Under the pieces are notes generated by a model that saw only the letters and a list, made by a program, of their open reading frames with translations, was not told where the DNA came from and made no database searches. The position numbers and the translations under genes are program-made. Below, piece after piece: positions 37,572-47,594 of a stretch of DNA of 64,000 bases. The DNA is taken from positions 72-64,071 of the forward strand of contig CAYFMM010000002.1 in NCBI GenBank assembly GCA_964344285.1. The letters run 5' to 3'. Origin of the DNA: an uncultured Methanosarcinales archaeon. Lineage in GTDB: Archaea; Nanobdellota; Nanobdellia; Woesearchaeales; GW2011-AR9. How positions within the stretch are numbered: position 1 is the stretch's first letter; every line of letters starts with the position of its first letter.

Positions 37572-38452
37572 AGTTTTTTTGTCCTCACTGTACTCTTTAT
37601 TAATAGGATACCACTATTATTTTCAAGATAAGGCAAATGATCTTCGGTTAGCCTAACTACCAATCTTGCTTCCGATTCTTTAATAGACCTTACTTCTAAA
37701 GAGATAGGAAAACTATCCAAAAAATTGTTGATAATCTTTTGATTCCAATCGCTAGAGTTTCCAGAAACCTTTTCATCTAAATGAGTATTAAGATAAATTA
37801 TAAAATAATCATCTCCACCAGATTGAATCTTTTTTATAACTCCTTCCTCAAACAGAGGCCCTTCCCTTTGGTTTAGTAAAATGATTCTCTCCACAAAAGA
37901 TTCTCCATTAGAAGGAACCATTGCTACATGAGAAATCAATGGGTTTTTATTCAAGTCTTTCAAAGCTCCCAGGACATCTGCTCCAGTAAAAGAGAGGTGG
38001 AATATTTCCCCTCCATTCCAATCTAAACCCCCATCTAAAATAAGATATTCTTCCTCCTCAACCAAAGACATTAAAGAAGAAGAGTCTCCAAGATAAAGAA
38101 TCACAACTTCATGATTTAAGAAAGCAGAAGACTTCTCCAAACCATAATCATAAATACCAAACTCAACTGTTTCTTTCACATCTGGATCTAACCCTCCATA
38201 AACATACACTAAATCACTCCTAATAAATAATAGCCCATATTTCTCATCTGCTAAATCTGTAAATTCATAATATCCATTTTCATCTGTAAACGTTTCTGCA
38301 ACTACAGATAAGTTTTGAATCAGTTGAACTTTTACTCCTTCTTCACTCGGAGTAATCGTTCCAGAGATAGAATCATCAGTACACCCTACTAAAAACAGTA
38401 AAGCAAACACAGCAACAAGTATTTTAAAATTATTTTTCATTCTTATTATCAT
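37568..38452 (-). CDS. Lipoprotein with N-terminal carboxypeptidase-regulatory-like (transthyretin-like) beta-sandwich domain
   Basis: Lipobox 'LFLVGC'. 'ISGTITPSEEGVKVQLIQ...ETFTDENGYYEFTDLADEKYGLLF' matches the CarbopepD_reg-like pattern. A 4-nt overlap with the subtilase gene suggests co-transcription. Confidence 0.5.
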   Translation of the reverse strand: MIIRMKNNFKILVAVFALLFLVGCTDDSISGTITPSEEGVKVQLIQNLSVVAETFTDENGYYEFTDLADEKYGLLFIRSDLVYVYGGLDPDVKETVEFGIYDYGLEKSSAFLNHEVVILYLGDSSSLMSLVEEEEYLILDGGLDWNGGEIFHLSFTGADVLGALKDLNKNPLISHVAMVPSNGESFVERIILLNQREGPLFEEGVIKKIQSGGDDYFIIYLNTHLDEKVSGNSSDWNQKIINNFLDSFPISLEVRSIKESEARLVVRLTEDHLPYLENNSGILLIKSTVRTKKL

Positions 38453-38933
38453 TTTAAACTTCTATTTAAACCATTTGTATATGCTAAATATATCTTTTGA
38501 CGACTGATTTTCAGGTATATACTTCTTTTCATGCTTTTCTCACAAACGCTTTTGTTGTTTTCTTTTCAACTTCACCACCAGCCGCTATTTTTGTAGCAAC
38601 TTCTTTAAGATACACAATATACCTTTCTCCTTGCAGTTCAACTTCTTTTTCGCAGATTATTTTCATTGTCAATCTCTTTGTTAACTTCCATGAACTTTCT
38701 TACTACTTTCCTGTATTCAATCCAGTAACTGGGAAAATCCCGTTTGACAGTAAAGACTGCCTGAAGTTTAGCAAAATCGGAGGGATCAAGTCTCATGAAA
38801 AATTCTCTTTGATAAATTATTAAATATCTTACCTTTACAAATTTCCTTTGCTGTCCTCTTTTTCCGACACTTTAAAGAAGATGTCCAGTACTTCCGTACA
38901 AACTTATATATGAAAAGATCTTTTGTAAATTGA

Positions 38934-39542
38934 ATGAGGAGTTATGAGGTCAGAAAACTAAGTAGAAACGAGGATCCAGAAGCAACACTATTAACTTCTC
39001 TTCGCAGGCAGATATTCCCTGAGAACATTCGTGGTTCTCCAACAGTTATGCGTGATCGCTTTGAAATTTCTCCTTGTGCTTATATAGCATATCATAATGA
39101 AGATCCAATTGGGTTTTTGACATACACAGTTTTAGATCCTCGGTTTGTTAGAAATTTTAAAGAAGGAGGTTACAAAGGCCACATTGATCTTGCGTACCTA
39201 TTACCTGAAGATTTATCTCAACCATCAAAATATCTTCATTTTCTTTCTCTAGGCGTTGCCAAACCACATACTAGAACAGAACGCAAAAAAGCAGGAGCAC
39301 AAGTAAATCCTGCAGCATCATACCAATTACTTGATGCAGTTATTAGAGAAACTCAAGGACGTGGTTTTAGGTATCTTACCGCAATTCTTTCAACAGACAA
39401 TGCAAAACGAATGTTTAGAACCCTAGACTTTGATATAATTCATTCCCACCCTCAAGGAGGAATAGAACATGAACTGGCTCAATATGAAATTGGGGATGTA
39501 AAAAAGAAAGAGAGTCTTGTTACGCTATTGCGTTCTCAGTAA
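38934..39542 (+). CDS. Putative GNAT-like acetyltransferase
   Basis: 202 aa. 'HFLSLGVAKPHTRTERKKAGAQV...QGRGFRYLTAI' is compatible with a degenerate GNAT core. Weak. Confidence 0.35.
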   Translation: MRSYEVRKLSRNEDPEATLLTSLRRQIFPENIRGSPTVMRDRFEISPCAYIAYHNEDPIGFLTYTVLDPRFVRNFKEGGYKGHIDLAYLLPEDLSQPSKYLHFLSLGVAKPHTRTERKKAGAQVNPAASYQLLDAVIRETQGRGFRYLTAILSTDNAKRMFRTLDFDIIHSHPQGGIEHELAQYEIGDVKKKESLVTLLRSQ

Positions 39543-40356
39543 AAATTGTGTTCATATAATCTTTATAAAAATCAATAAAACCCTTGTTATTTATTACCAG
39601 CAAATATTGTTTTCTTTTCTCCGTGTATAAATTAAAGTAATCAGTAGTGTTAATATCTTCAATAGAGTCAATTTCTGCATACATCTTCTCAATTGCTCTT
39701 CGCGTGTCTGGGTGATGATGGAATAAAAGCATAATGTCATTAAAAATACCTACATCTTTGCCAATGATTAGATCTGCACCAGTCTTGATTTCTACCCCTA
39801 AATTTTTGTATAAAGATTCTGACAATTTGTCTAAAGGTGAATTCCCACGTACAGCAATTAATATTTTGATTTTTCTCTTTATTGCTTCCCTAGTTAGCCG
39901 CGTATTTTTCCCAAGCGATAAAAGTTTCCACCTGATATGGTTTCCAAGCCATACTATGACATCATCTCCTTCTCCTTTCGACTCTTCAATGAACTTCGTT
40001 TTGAAATGATGATAAAAAATATCCATCTCCTCCAAAGATGAAAATTCCATAACTTCTCCTAGAGGAGATGATGGATAGCCATAAAATGAAGGCAATTCTG
40101 TATGCAATCCATCACTAAATGCTTTCATCTCTTGAATCCATTCTGAATGTAACTGATAGCCATCTTCATTTTTGATTACAATATTTTTATTCTGTAAATC
40201 CCTTAAATTCTCGTGAATGGTTGTTCTAGCAACAAAATGATTCTGTTTTTTGCTTAATTTATGGATATCTCTAACTTTAAGCGGGTATTGTTGATGTAGA
40301 ATACTAATAATGATGTCCTTTGTACATTTAGTAAAAAGTGGGAAGGTGTGTATCAT
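39520..40356 (-). CDS. Winged-helix DNA-binding protein with C-terminal domain of unknown function
   Basis: N-terminus 'ISILHQQYPLKVRDIHKLSKKQNHFVARTTIHENLRDLQNKNIVIKNEDGYQL' has a wHTH pattern. Confidence 0.4.
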   Translation of the reverse strand: MIHTFPLFTKCTKDIIISILHQQYPLKVRDIHKLSKKQNHFVARTTIHENLRDLQNKNIVIKNEDGYQLHSEWIQEMKAFSDGLHTELPSFYGYPSSPLGEVMEFSSLEEMDIFYHHFKTKFIEESKGEGDDVIVWLGNHIRWKLLSLGKNTRLTREAIKRKIKILIAVRGNSPLDKLSESLYKNLGVEIKTGADLIIGKDVGIFNDIMLLFHHHPDTRRAIEKMYAEIDSIEDINTTDYFNLYTEKRKQYLLVINNKGFIDFYKDYMNTIFTENAIA

Positions 40357-40441
40357 ATATCCTGCTCCTACACCTCAAATAGGTAAAAAAAGTAAATAGT
40401 ACATAAATACTTCCTAAATTCTGCATATACCCCATATACCC

Positions 40442-40696
40442 TTATGGCATCTTTTCAAGAAATTTTATTCCTTCTTTGGTAATTGAAATTCGAAATGATT
40501 CTTTTTTAGAAGGGCTTTTATCTTTAGGTATTTTCTCTATTGTAATAAACCCGTATTTTCCTAAAGCTTCGCAATTACTTTTTACTGTCCTAAACCCTGT
40601 CTTGATAAGTTCAGTTAACTGAAAGTAAGAATCAGCAGGTTTGTTTACCAATGTTTTAAGAATGTCCTTTCTGATTTCATCATTGTTTCTTCGCAT
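40442..40696 (-). CDS. Small (84 aa) winged-helix transcriptional regulator
   Basis: 'IRKDILKTLVNKPADSYFQLTELIKTGFRTVKSNCEALGKYGFITIEK' is a typical small wHTH repressor layout. Confidence 0.4.
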   Translation of the reverse strand: MRRNNDEIRKDILKTLVNKPADSYFQLTELIKTGFRTVKSNCEALGKYGFITIEKIPKDKSPSKKESFRISITKEGIKFLEKMP

Positions 40697-41040
40697 CAGT
40701 GCATATTAGCAGTAAAATTTATAAATAGCTTCAGTATTTTGTAGCACTGATGAATCGAAAAGAAAAAAGATACCTAGAATTTGTATTATCTGACTGCAAG
40801 AGACTTGAAAAAGAGAATAATCTAGCAGAGTATGGAAAGGGACAAAAAGACTTATGTTTAATTCTTCTAAAAGAAAATTATTCGTAAATGCTTGCATTTA
40901 AGGTATTTAACCTAGAGAGTGCTAAAGCAAACACTTATTTCGAATTTTATTACTGCAGTTGTTCTGGTTTATAATAGTTTGTTTTCTTACTATTTTTCTC
41001 ATAACCTACCTAAAAATTTATAAATAAACACTACTTTGTA

Positions 41041-42327
41041 ATGACAATGAAACTCGAAAACATCATGCGAAAAACTTTACCTTTCCTATTATCCACTTCA
41101 TTATTCACGGCAACTTCCTGTGTGGATAAATCAGAAATGCTCAACAATAATCAGGTTGACGTTTGTTCTTATGATCCTGCAATCTGTAGACCAGCAAGTG
41201 GCTCAACACCCTCAGGCGAGGACTGGGAAAAAACATATGATTCTAATGGAGGCATTGGCATTGCACGTGGGGTAGCTGTTGATTCACGTAATAATATCGT
41301 TGTAGTAGGAGACGGATATAATGTTGCTTCTACTCAAAGTGGATTTGATATGGTAGCTAAGAGATTTGATGCAAATGGACAAGAAGATCCAAATTGGAAT
41401 CCTGTCATAAACCCAGCAGATGGCACAGATCAGGCTTTAGATGTTGCAGTCGATTCTCAGGATAATGTGTATGTTGTTGGACTTACAACAAGTGAAGGAA
41501 ACAATATGGATTGGTCTATTTCAAAATATGATCCTTGTGGGAATTTATTGTGGGCCAAATCAGTTGACGGATCAGGTGGAACAGATGTACTACATAGTGT
41601 GGCTGTAGATTCTCAAGATAATGTGTATGTTGCAGGAGCAATTACAAATGAACAGAGTGGAATTGATATGGTTGTTACTAAATATGATTCTTGTGGAGAA
41701 GAGCAATGGAGCAGGGATTTTGATAACAACGGGGGCCACGAAATTGCTAGTACAGTAGCTGTTGATTCTCAAGATAATATTTATGTTGGAGGTAACGGAT
41801 CAGGCTTAGTAGAAGGTTCAGGAAGCGACGACCAGATAGTAATAAAATACGATTCTTCTGGAGAAGAACTATGGAGAAAAACTACAGATCATGGGAAAAG
41901 TGAAACTGTTTCTGATATTGTAATTGATTCCAATGACAATGTTTATGTTGCAGGTAACTCAGTTGATTTTGACAATAATACTTCCAGTTCAACATTTGCA
42001 AAATATGACCCTTCTGGAAATGAACTTGAGAATAGGGTTGCAAATACAAATACTGCTTTTGCTGTAACTACTGATGCAGAAGGTAATGTTTATGTCGGTG
42101 GATTTGCCATAAATTCAGAGGGAAAGAAAGATTGGTCTTTAGTGAAATATGATCCTTCTGGAGATGAAACATGGGACAGGACATTCGATGTGAATGGTGG
42201 AAACGACACCATTCGTTCAATTACAGCAAACAGTGCTGATAAATTATATGTTGTTGGCGGTGGAGAAAATGCAGTTGGTTCTCAAACAAATGCAGATTGG
42301 GTAGTGAGACAGATTTCTAGAGAATAA
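41041..42327 (+). CDS. Lipoprotein composed of ~7 SBBP-type beta-propeller repeats
   Basis: Signal + lipobox 'STSLFTATSC'. Repeated ~50-aa unit 'SVAVDSQDNVYVAG...G.DMVVTKYDSCGEEQWSRDFD' (pattern VAVDSxxNxYVxG....DxxxxKYDxxGxxxW). Confidence 0.65.
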   Translation: MTMKLENIMRKTLPFLLSTSLFTATSCVDKSEMLNNNQVDVCSYDPAICRPASGSTPSGEDWEKTYDSNGGIGIARGVAVDSRNNIVVVGDGYNVASTQSGFDMVAKRFDANGQEDPNWNPVINPADGTDQALDVAVDSQDNVYVVGLTTSEGNNMDWSISKYDPCGNLLWAKSVDGSGGTDVLHSVAVDSQDNVYVAGAITNEQSGIDMVVTKYDSCGEEQWSRDFDNNGGHEIASTVAVDSQDNIYVGGNGSGLVEGSGSDDQIVIKYDSSGEELWRKTTDHGKSETVSDIVIDSNDNVYVAGNSVDFDNNTSSSTFAKYDPSGNELENRVANTNTAFAVTTDAEGNVYVGGFAINSEGKKDWSLVKYDPSGDETWDRTFDVNGGNDTIRSITANSADKLYVVGGGENAVGSQTNADWVVRQISRE

Positions 42328-42380
42328 AGTCTTTTATAGCAACTTTAATAAACGCTCTTTTCTTACTCTTATTTAGTATA

Positions 42381-45300
42381 ATGGAAGAAAAAAGGAGATT
42401 GGTACTAGTGTTAGTTCTACTTTTAAGTCTCTCTTTATATTTTGCATTCTCAATTGACGGTACTGAAGACATTATTGGATGGAATTTAACGTTTGATGCA
42501 ACTGGAGCTCCTGACGTCGCACGTGGAGTTGCAATAGATTCAAACAATTATGTATATGTTGTGGGAGAAGGATTTAACCTATACAGTGAGCCAACAAGCG
42601 GGGCTGATTGGTGGGTAAAAAAATTTTACGAGAATGGTACCGAATTTAATACAACGGCAGGGTGGAATAAGTCAATTGATGGAAATAGTAACACAGATCA
42701 AGCTTTAGGTGTTGCTATTGATTCAAACAATAATATTTATGTTGTAGGAACTGCAACTAATGTTTACAACACAACAAGTCAGAATGATTGGTGGGTTAAG
42801 AAATTTAACTCAACAGGACATGAATTTAACATAACAGAAGGATGGAATAAGACATTTGATGCAACTGGTGCAGGGGATATTGCATATGGAGTAGCTACTG
42901 ATTCAAATGATAACATCTACGTTGTTGGTGTTGCAACAAATCTTGTTGGAGCTGGGACTGGTTCTGATTGGTGGATCAAAAAATTTAACTCTTCAGGACA
43001 TGAATTTAATACAACAGAAGGATGGAATAAATCTTACGATGGAGCCAGTGGAGCAGATATTGCAAGAGCTGTAGCAATTGATTCAAATAATGACGTGTAT
43101 GTTGTAGGTCAAGCTACAAATTTAGTGAATGGAACTAGTCAAAACGATTGGTGGATCAAAAAGTTTAATTCTTCAGGTACTGAAAATATTAGTGCATGGA
43201 ACAAAACTTTTGATGGTTCTGGAAGTAGTGATATCCCTTACGGCATAGACATTGATTCTGAGAATAATGTTTATGTCATTGGCGATTCTACCAATCTTGT
43301 AAGTGGCACAAGTGGACTAGATTGGTGGATTAAAAAGTTTAATTCAACAGGGAATGAAACGTTTACTGGATGGAATAGAACATTTGATGGGAATAGTGGC
43401 GCAGACAGTCCATTTGGCATTAACATTGATTTAGAAGATAATGTGTATGTTGTTGGTTATGCAACAAATATCGTAAGTGGAAGTAGCGGAGCTGATTGGT
43501 GGGTCAAGCGATTTAACAAAACAGGCTACGAATTTAATGCAACTGATGGGTGGAACAAAACATATGACGTAGACGATAGTAGTGACCAGGCTAGGGCTGT
43601 TGCAGTATTTTCTGACAATAATGTAAGTGTAGTTGGTCATGCGACAAATGCAGTGTCTGCTTCTAGCAACCAAGATTGGTGGTTAAAGAAATTTGAAGGA
43701 AGTGATAGAACTGCACCATCAGTAAACATCACTAACCCAACAAACAACAGTAATTTCTCTTCAAGTGTGCAAGCGTTTAATGCAACTGTTACTGATACTT
43801 TTTCTAATGTAGATCAAGTGATTTTTGTATTCTCCACAAACACAACTCCATTCAATAGAAGTGCAACAAATATTTCAGGTAATTGGAACACTAACGTCGA
43901 TTTATCAACAGTAGTTGAAGGAACACATATAATCACTGTATTTGCAAATGATACTTCAAACAACATAAACATAACACAATCAATTACAATTATAATAGAC
44001 AGAACGAATCCTCTTGTAAATATTACAACTCCTGTAAATGGAACAAACCTTAGCTCAGGCACACAAGCATTTAATACAACAGTTCAAGATTTAACTGCAA
44101 GGCAAGTAATCTTTGTCTTTAACAACGCTTCAGGAAATGATTTTAATGTTACAGCAGCCAACAATTCAGGCAACTGGCACAACAATGTTGACCTTTCAAG
44201 ATTTATTGAAAGTAAAAGCCATAATGTAACGGTCTTTGCAAATGACAGCCTTAACAATATTAATTATACAGAATCTATTTGGTTTACTGTAGACCGAACC
44301 GCACCAAATGTGACAATCATCAACACTTCATTTAGCACAACTTCAACAACACCTGTAATTTATGTTAATGTAACAGACAATATTTTCAACCAGACTTCAT
44401 GTAGTCTTTATTTTTCTAATTCTCTTTCAACTACGTCTACAGTAATAAACGCAACTTTGACTGGCATTACTGCATCTTCTCTTTCAACTGGGACGTATGC
44501 AACAAATGTAAATTGTACCGACAGTTCAGGAAATCTAGGCAATAGTAGCGTAATTAACGTGACCATCACAGCCACAAGTTCTTCTGATAGCAGTAGTAGC
44601 GGAGGTAGTGGGGGTTCTGGCCGTTCAGGAGGAGGAGGTTCTCTGCCAGTTCCAGAAGAGACTACTACAGAAGAGAATCCAACGGAGGAGAATTCAGGCA
44701 ACTTCTTAGTTGAGATCATTGCAGAAACAGAAGAACTATCTCAAGAAGAAGGAGAAACAGCATTAGTGGGCAGTGCGATAGCAACTCCACAAACAAGTAC
44801 AAAGCCATTCACCAGAGAAAAAACAGTGACGGTACGTTTTACAAATACAAAAAACAATGCAATAACCGTACTTCCAACAATAAAAGAATTTCTGCCCCCC
44901 TTAGAAAATGAGAATATTCTGCAGCAAAAAGTCGGTGAACAACAACTTGAAACATTAAAACGAATTGAAAAAGAAAATGTTAATTTCATTACTGGTAGAG
45001 CAGTTTCTTTTAGTAAAGGAACAGCATGCAGGACATTTAGTGGTATGCAATATTCAAGAGATTTAATCACTGGGGATTTGCTCAAGCCAGAGATTCTTAA
45101 CCCGCGTGAGATCACAGTATTGCCTAATCAAACTATTGAAGAGGATTTTAACATCCGCCAGGGAGTCTCAGCTAAGGTAGGTAGAGATACACTTGTGTTT
45201 GTTTCTGGAGAAAAAGAAGTTGCGCAAAAAGAGATTATTGCAAAAAGGGAAATTGGCAGTACCGTAAGTATTGATGCGAAAAATCACATATTAGACCTTT

Positions 45301-45929
45301 ATGCACAAATTCCAAAGCAGGACAACAAGGCAAGATATATGGTGGAAGTTAATATTAATCAAGATGAAGACTCCCTTCTTTGGCAACCAAAAAACTTATT
45401 TGGTGACCTGTATGGCACGTACACCTCAGGAGCAGTATTTGCCCAGCAGTTCATCTACGATCCTACATGTTATCAGGGTAAGGCAATACTTAATGCCAAG
45501 ATTTACAAGGACAACGAAGTAGTTTCAAACAACTTCTTTGCAATTAATTTTAATACCGGAACTGTAACCCCAACAGGAAAAACAGAACCAAGAATTGGTA
45601 TTGCAGGGATAGTTTTCTTATTCTTATTATTTGCTGGAACCATAATATTTTGCCTGTTTTTAATCAGGCAAGTTACAGTAAGAAAAAAACCATTTGTTCT
45701 AAAACCAATAGCATACCTTACGCCAAAACCAGTCATTTCCAAAGAAGAAAAAGAACTGCTGGAAAAAGAGGCTAAAAGAAAGTATCTCCTAAAAAGGCGT
45801 GAGGAACTAAAAAGACAAATCGCGCAGTTAAAAGCAAAAAGACAACAAGAGGTGAATTTTAGAACTGAACGATTTCATAAATTTAAAACAGAACTGGATG
45901 AAGAACATAGAAAGATTGTGAGAAAATGA
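42381..45929 (+). CDS. 1182-aa type I surface protein: signal, ~8 SBBP beta-propeller repeats, ~6 Ig-like N-glycosylated repeats, Ser/Gly and acidic linkers, C-terminal domain, TM and KR-rich coiled-coil cytoplasmic tail
   Basis: Repeats 'WNKTFDATGAGDIAYGVATDSNDNIYVVGVATNLVGAGTGSDWWIKKFNSSGHEFNTTEG'. Ig-like units are dense in NxT/S sequons (NIT, NTT, NVT, NSS). TM 'IGIAGIVFLFLLFAGTIIFCLFLI'. Tail 'KEEKELLEKEAKRKYLLKRREELKRQIAQLKAKRQQ'. Confidence 0.7.
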   Translation: MEEKRRLVLVLVLLLSLSLYFAFSIDGTEDIIGWNLTFDATGAPDVARGVAIDSNNYVYVVGEGFNLYSEPTSGADWWVKKFYENGTEFNTTAGWNKSIDGNSNTDQALGVAIDSNNNIYVVGTATNVYNTTSQNDWWVKKFNSTGHEFNITEGWNKTFDATGAGDIAYGVATDSNDNIYVVGVATNLVGAGTGSDWWIKKFNSSGHEFNTTEGWNKSYDGASGADIARAVAIDSNNDVYVVGQATNLVNGTSQNDWWIKKFNSSGTENISAWNKTFDGSGSSDIPYGIDIDSENNVYVIGDSTNLVSGTSGLDWWIKKFNSTGNETFTGWNRTFDGNSGADSPFGINIDLEDNVYVVGYATNIVSGSSGADWWVKRFNKTGYEFNATDGWNKTYDVDDSSDQARAVAVFSDNNVSVVGHATNAVSASSNQDWWLKKFEGSDRTAPSVNITNPTNNSNFSSSVQAFNATVTDTFSNVDQVIFVFSTNTTPFNRSATNISGNWNTNVDLSTVVEGTHIITVFANDTSNNINITQSITIIIDRTNPLVNITTPVNGTNLSSGTQAFNTTVQDLTARQVIFVFNNASGNDFNVTAANNSGNWHNNVDLSRFIESKSHNVTVFANDSLNNINYTESIWFTVDRTAPNVTIINTSFSTTSTTPVIYVNVTDNIFNQTSCSLYFSNSLSTTSTVINATLTGITASSLSTGTYATNVNCTDSSGNLGNSSVINVTITATSSSDSSSSGGSGGSGRSGGGGSLPVPEETTTEENPTEENSGNFLVEIIAETEELSQEEGETALVGSAIATPQTSTKPFTREKTVTVRFTNTKNNAITVLPTIKEFLPPLENENILQQKVGEQQLETLKRIEKENVNFITGRAVSFSKGTACRTFSGMQYSRDLITGDLLKPEILNPREITVLPNQTIEEDFNIRQGVSAKVGRDTLVFVSGEKEVAQKEIIAKREIGSTVSIDAKNHILDLYAQIPKQDNKARYMVEVNINQDEDSLLWQPKNLFGDLYGTYTSGAVFAQQFIYDPTCYQGKAILNAKIYKDNEVVSNNFFAINFNTGTVTPTGKTEPRIGIAGIVFLFLLFAGTIIFCLFLIRQVTVRKKPFVLKPIAYLTPKPVISKEEKELLEKEAKRKYLLKRREELKRQIAQLKAKRQQEVNFRTERFHKFKTELDEEHRKIVRK

Positions 45930-45943
45930 TCAGTTCCCCCTTA

Positions 45944-47239
45944 TTATTCTATCAATTCATTAAACTTTTCAAAATCATCTAACAATTCTTTCCGTAAGTC
46001 ATTTCGTAGCCATTTAGGATATTTCTGCAGTTTAGAATCAACAACCTTGGCGAATAATTCTTTTAGTGCAGCTTTAAGAGATTCCTTAAATAAATCAGGC
46101 TTCAAAAACTTCTTAATTTCTGCCAATTCAACTTCTCTTTGTTCATCTCTTAATTTTATTTCGTTTTCTAAAACAGTAATCCGTTTTTCTAATTTAGTAC
46201 GAGCTTCTGTTTCAAGAAGGATATCTTGCTCAACAATAGTATCTTTCATTCCCAATAGCTTGGTGTAATAATGCACTATGCTGTTTTCAACCCATCCAAA
46301 ACGGAATTTGAAAGCAGATTCAGATTTATAGCGGGGAAGCCAGTAACAAGCCGAGGAATGCCGAAAATCGTACAAACGAATTTCTCTGATAAATTTTCCT
46401 CCCTTCGTTTTAAAATCCCCGAGAACGCGCACAAAAAGCCGCTGAATGTATCTTTTGGCAACAGTAGGATCAATATTAAAGAGATAGGATTCGTTACCTA
46501 GATTCATTACTTCTAGGTATTCTTTAATGAGATTAGAACAAAGTAATAATTTAGGTCTCCTCCCAAAAGTTTTGGCAACCTCTTCTCTGATATTAACTTC
46601 ATACACATTTTCATCTTCACGCCACGTTAAATCTTCAACTTTGATATTCATTAATTCCGTAGGTGCACGGATGCCTGAGTCAAACATAAACCACATCATT
46701 ACTTTGTAATCAAATTTAGCCGATGCTACAACTCGCTTAAATTCTTCAATTGTAAAGTAAGCAAACTTATTTTCCTCCACTGGACCCATATCAATATAAG
46801 TTGTGATATCCTTAATAGAATTGCCATTTTCATCTTCTCTCTTTTGATACCAATGCCAAAATGCTTTGAAGACGTTAGCATAGTCCCTTACAGAAGTATA
46901 ACGATTTCCTTTATTTGTGAGAATGTATCCTTTCCTCATGTACTCGTTAAAGAACTTGCTCACATCCTTGCGAGTTAACTCACCAAGATTTTTTTTGAAT
47001 GATTGCTCCATTTGCAGCGCAATCCAGCGCATCCGCTGACGAAGATTATTGAGCCGTGCGTAGCTTAGACCCCCTGGTCTGCCCACATGGTAACCACTTT
47101 CCATGTCAGAGATATATTCTAAAATGAGCTCCTGGTTCTCAGAAGAGACATCTTTGACGATAGGATTTTTCTTCCAGTTAAGATATTTCTTTTCATGACC
47201 CCAAACATCACGTTTCATGTCGTTACTTGTGCATAGCAA
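45944..47239 (-). mobile_element. int: Tyrosine recombinase / phage-type integrase
   Basis: Box I 'FDSGIRAPTEL' (catalytic Arg), box II 'LYDFRHSSACYWL' (HxxR) and a downstream Tyr in 'SIVHYY'. Its 5' end faces the 3' end of tRNA-Ser ~100 nt away. Confidence 0.75.
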
Positions 47240-47343
47240 TTATTTAAGCGTTGTCCCACTCAGTTGCCTTATTTGTACTCCTGTCGACGATAAAGGGAAC
47301 TAAATGGGGAATTAAATTTCAAGTTTTGGTCAAAAAAGTAAAG

Positions 47344-47466
47344 CGCCACGGGCCGGATTTGAACCGACGATCCCAGATGGGACTGGATGTTTGGTATACA
47401 CGGAGATCTGATCGACAGATACAGCCGATAGCAATCCAGCGCAATACCAGACTATGCGACCGTGGC
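47344..47466 (-). tRNA. tRNA-Ser (anticodon GCU) with ~40-nt intron in the anticodon loop and a long variable arm
   Basis: Folded by hand on the minus strand. Acceptor GCCACGG/CCGTGGC, U8. D-loop carries GG. Anticodon stem CTGGA/TCCAG, loop TTGCTA|intron|A with U33 and A37. Variable arm 'TCCCATCTGGGATC' (class II). T-arm GTCGG-TTCAAAT-CCGGC. Ends may be off by +/-3 nt. Confidence 0.6.
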
Positions 47467-47594
47467 GCGAAGTGCAACGGAACGCAACGACTGAAAATAT
47501 AGACACTGTTATTTAAAGGTTATGTTCAAAGAAAAAACTTAGATAGAATATTTAGAAAAAAAAGCGTGGGAAAAAGAAAAAATAACTTTTAGAC

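Noticed and set aside
38497-38823. ORF 38497..38823 (+) in the 480-bp gap after the lipoprotein gene
   Set aside because: The predicted protein is Phe/Ser-rich low-complexity with no motifs, and the region reads as an AT-rich intergenic or promoter region. Probably not coding, though the long gap itself could hold regulatory elements.
40706-40897. ORF 40706..40897 (-) and the small ORFs 24946..25185, 25250..25468, 25396..25578
   Set aside because: They are short, lie in AT-rich intergenic DNA and have no conserved motifs. They are likely spurious. The 25.0-25.6 kb gap is better explained as a promoter/att region.
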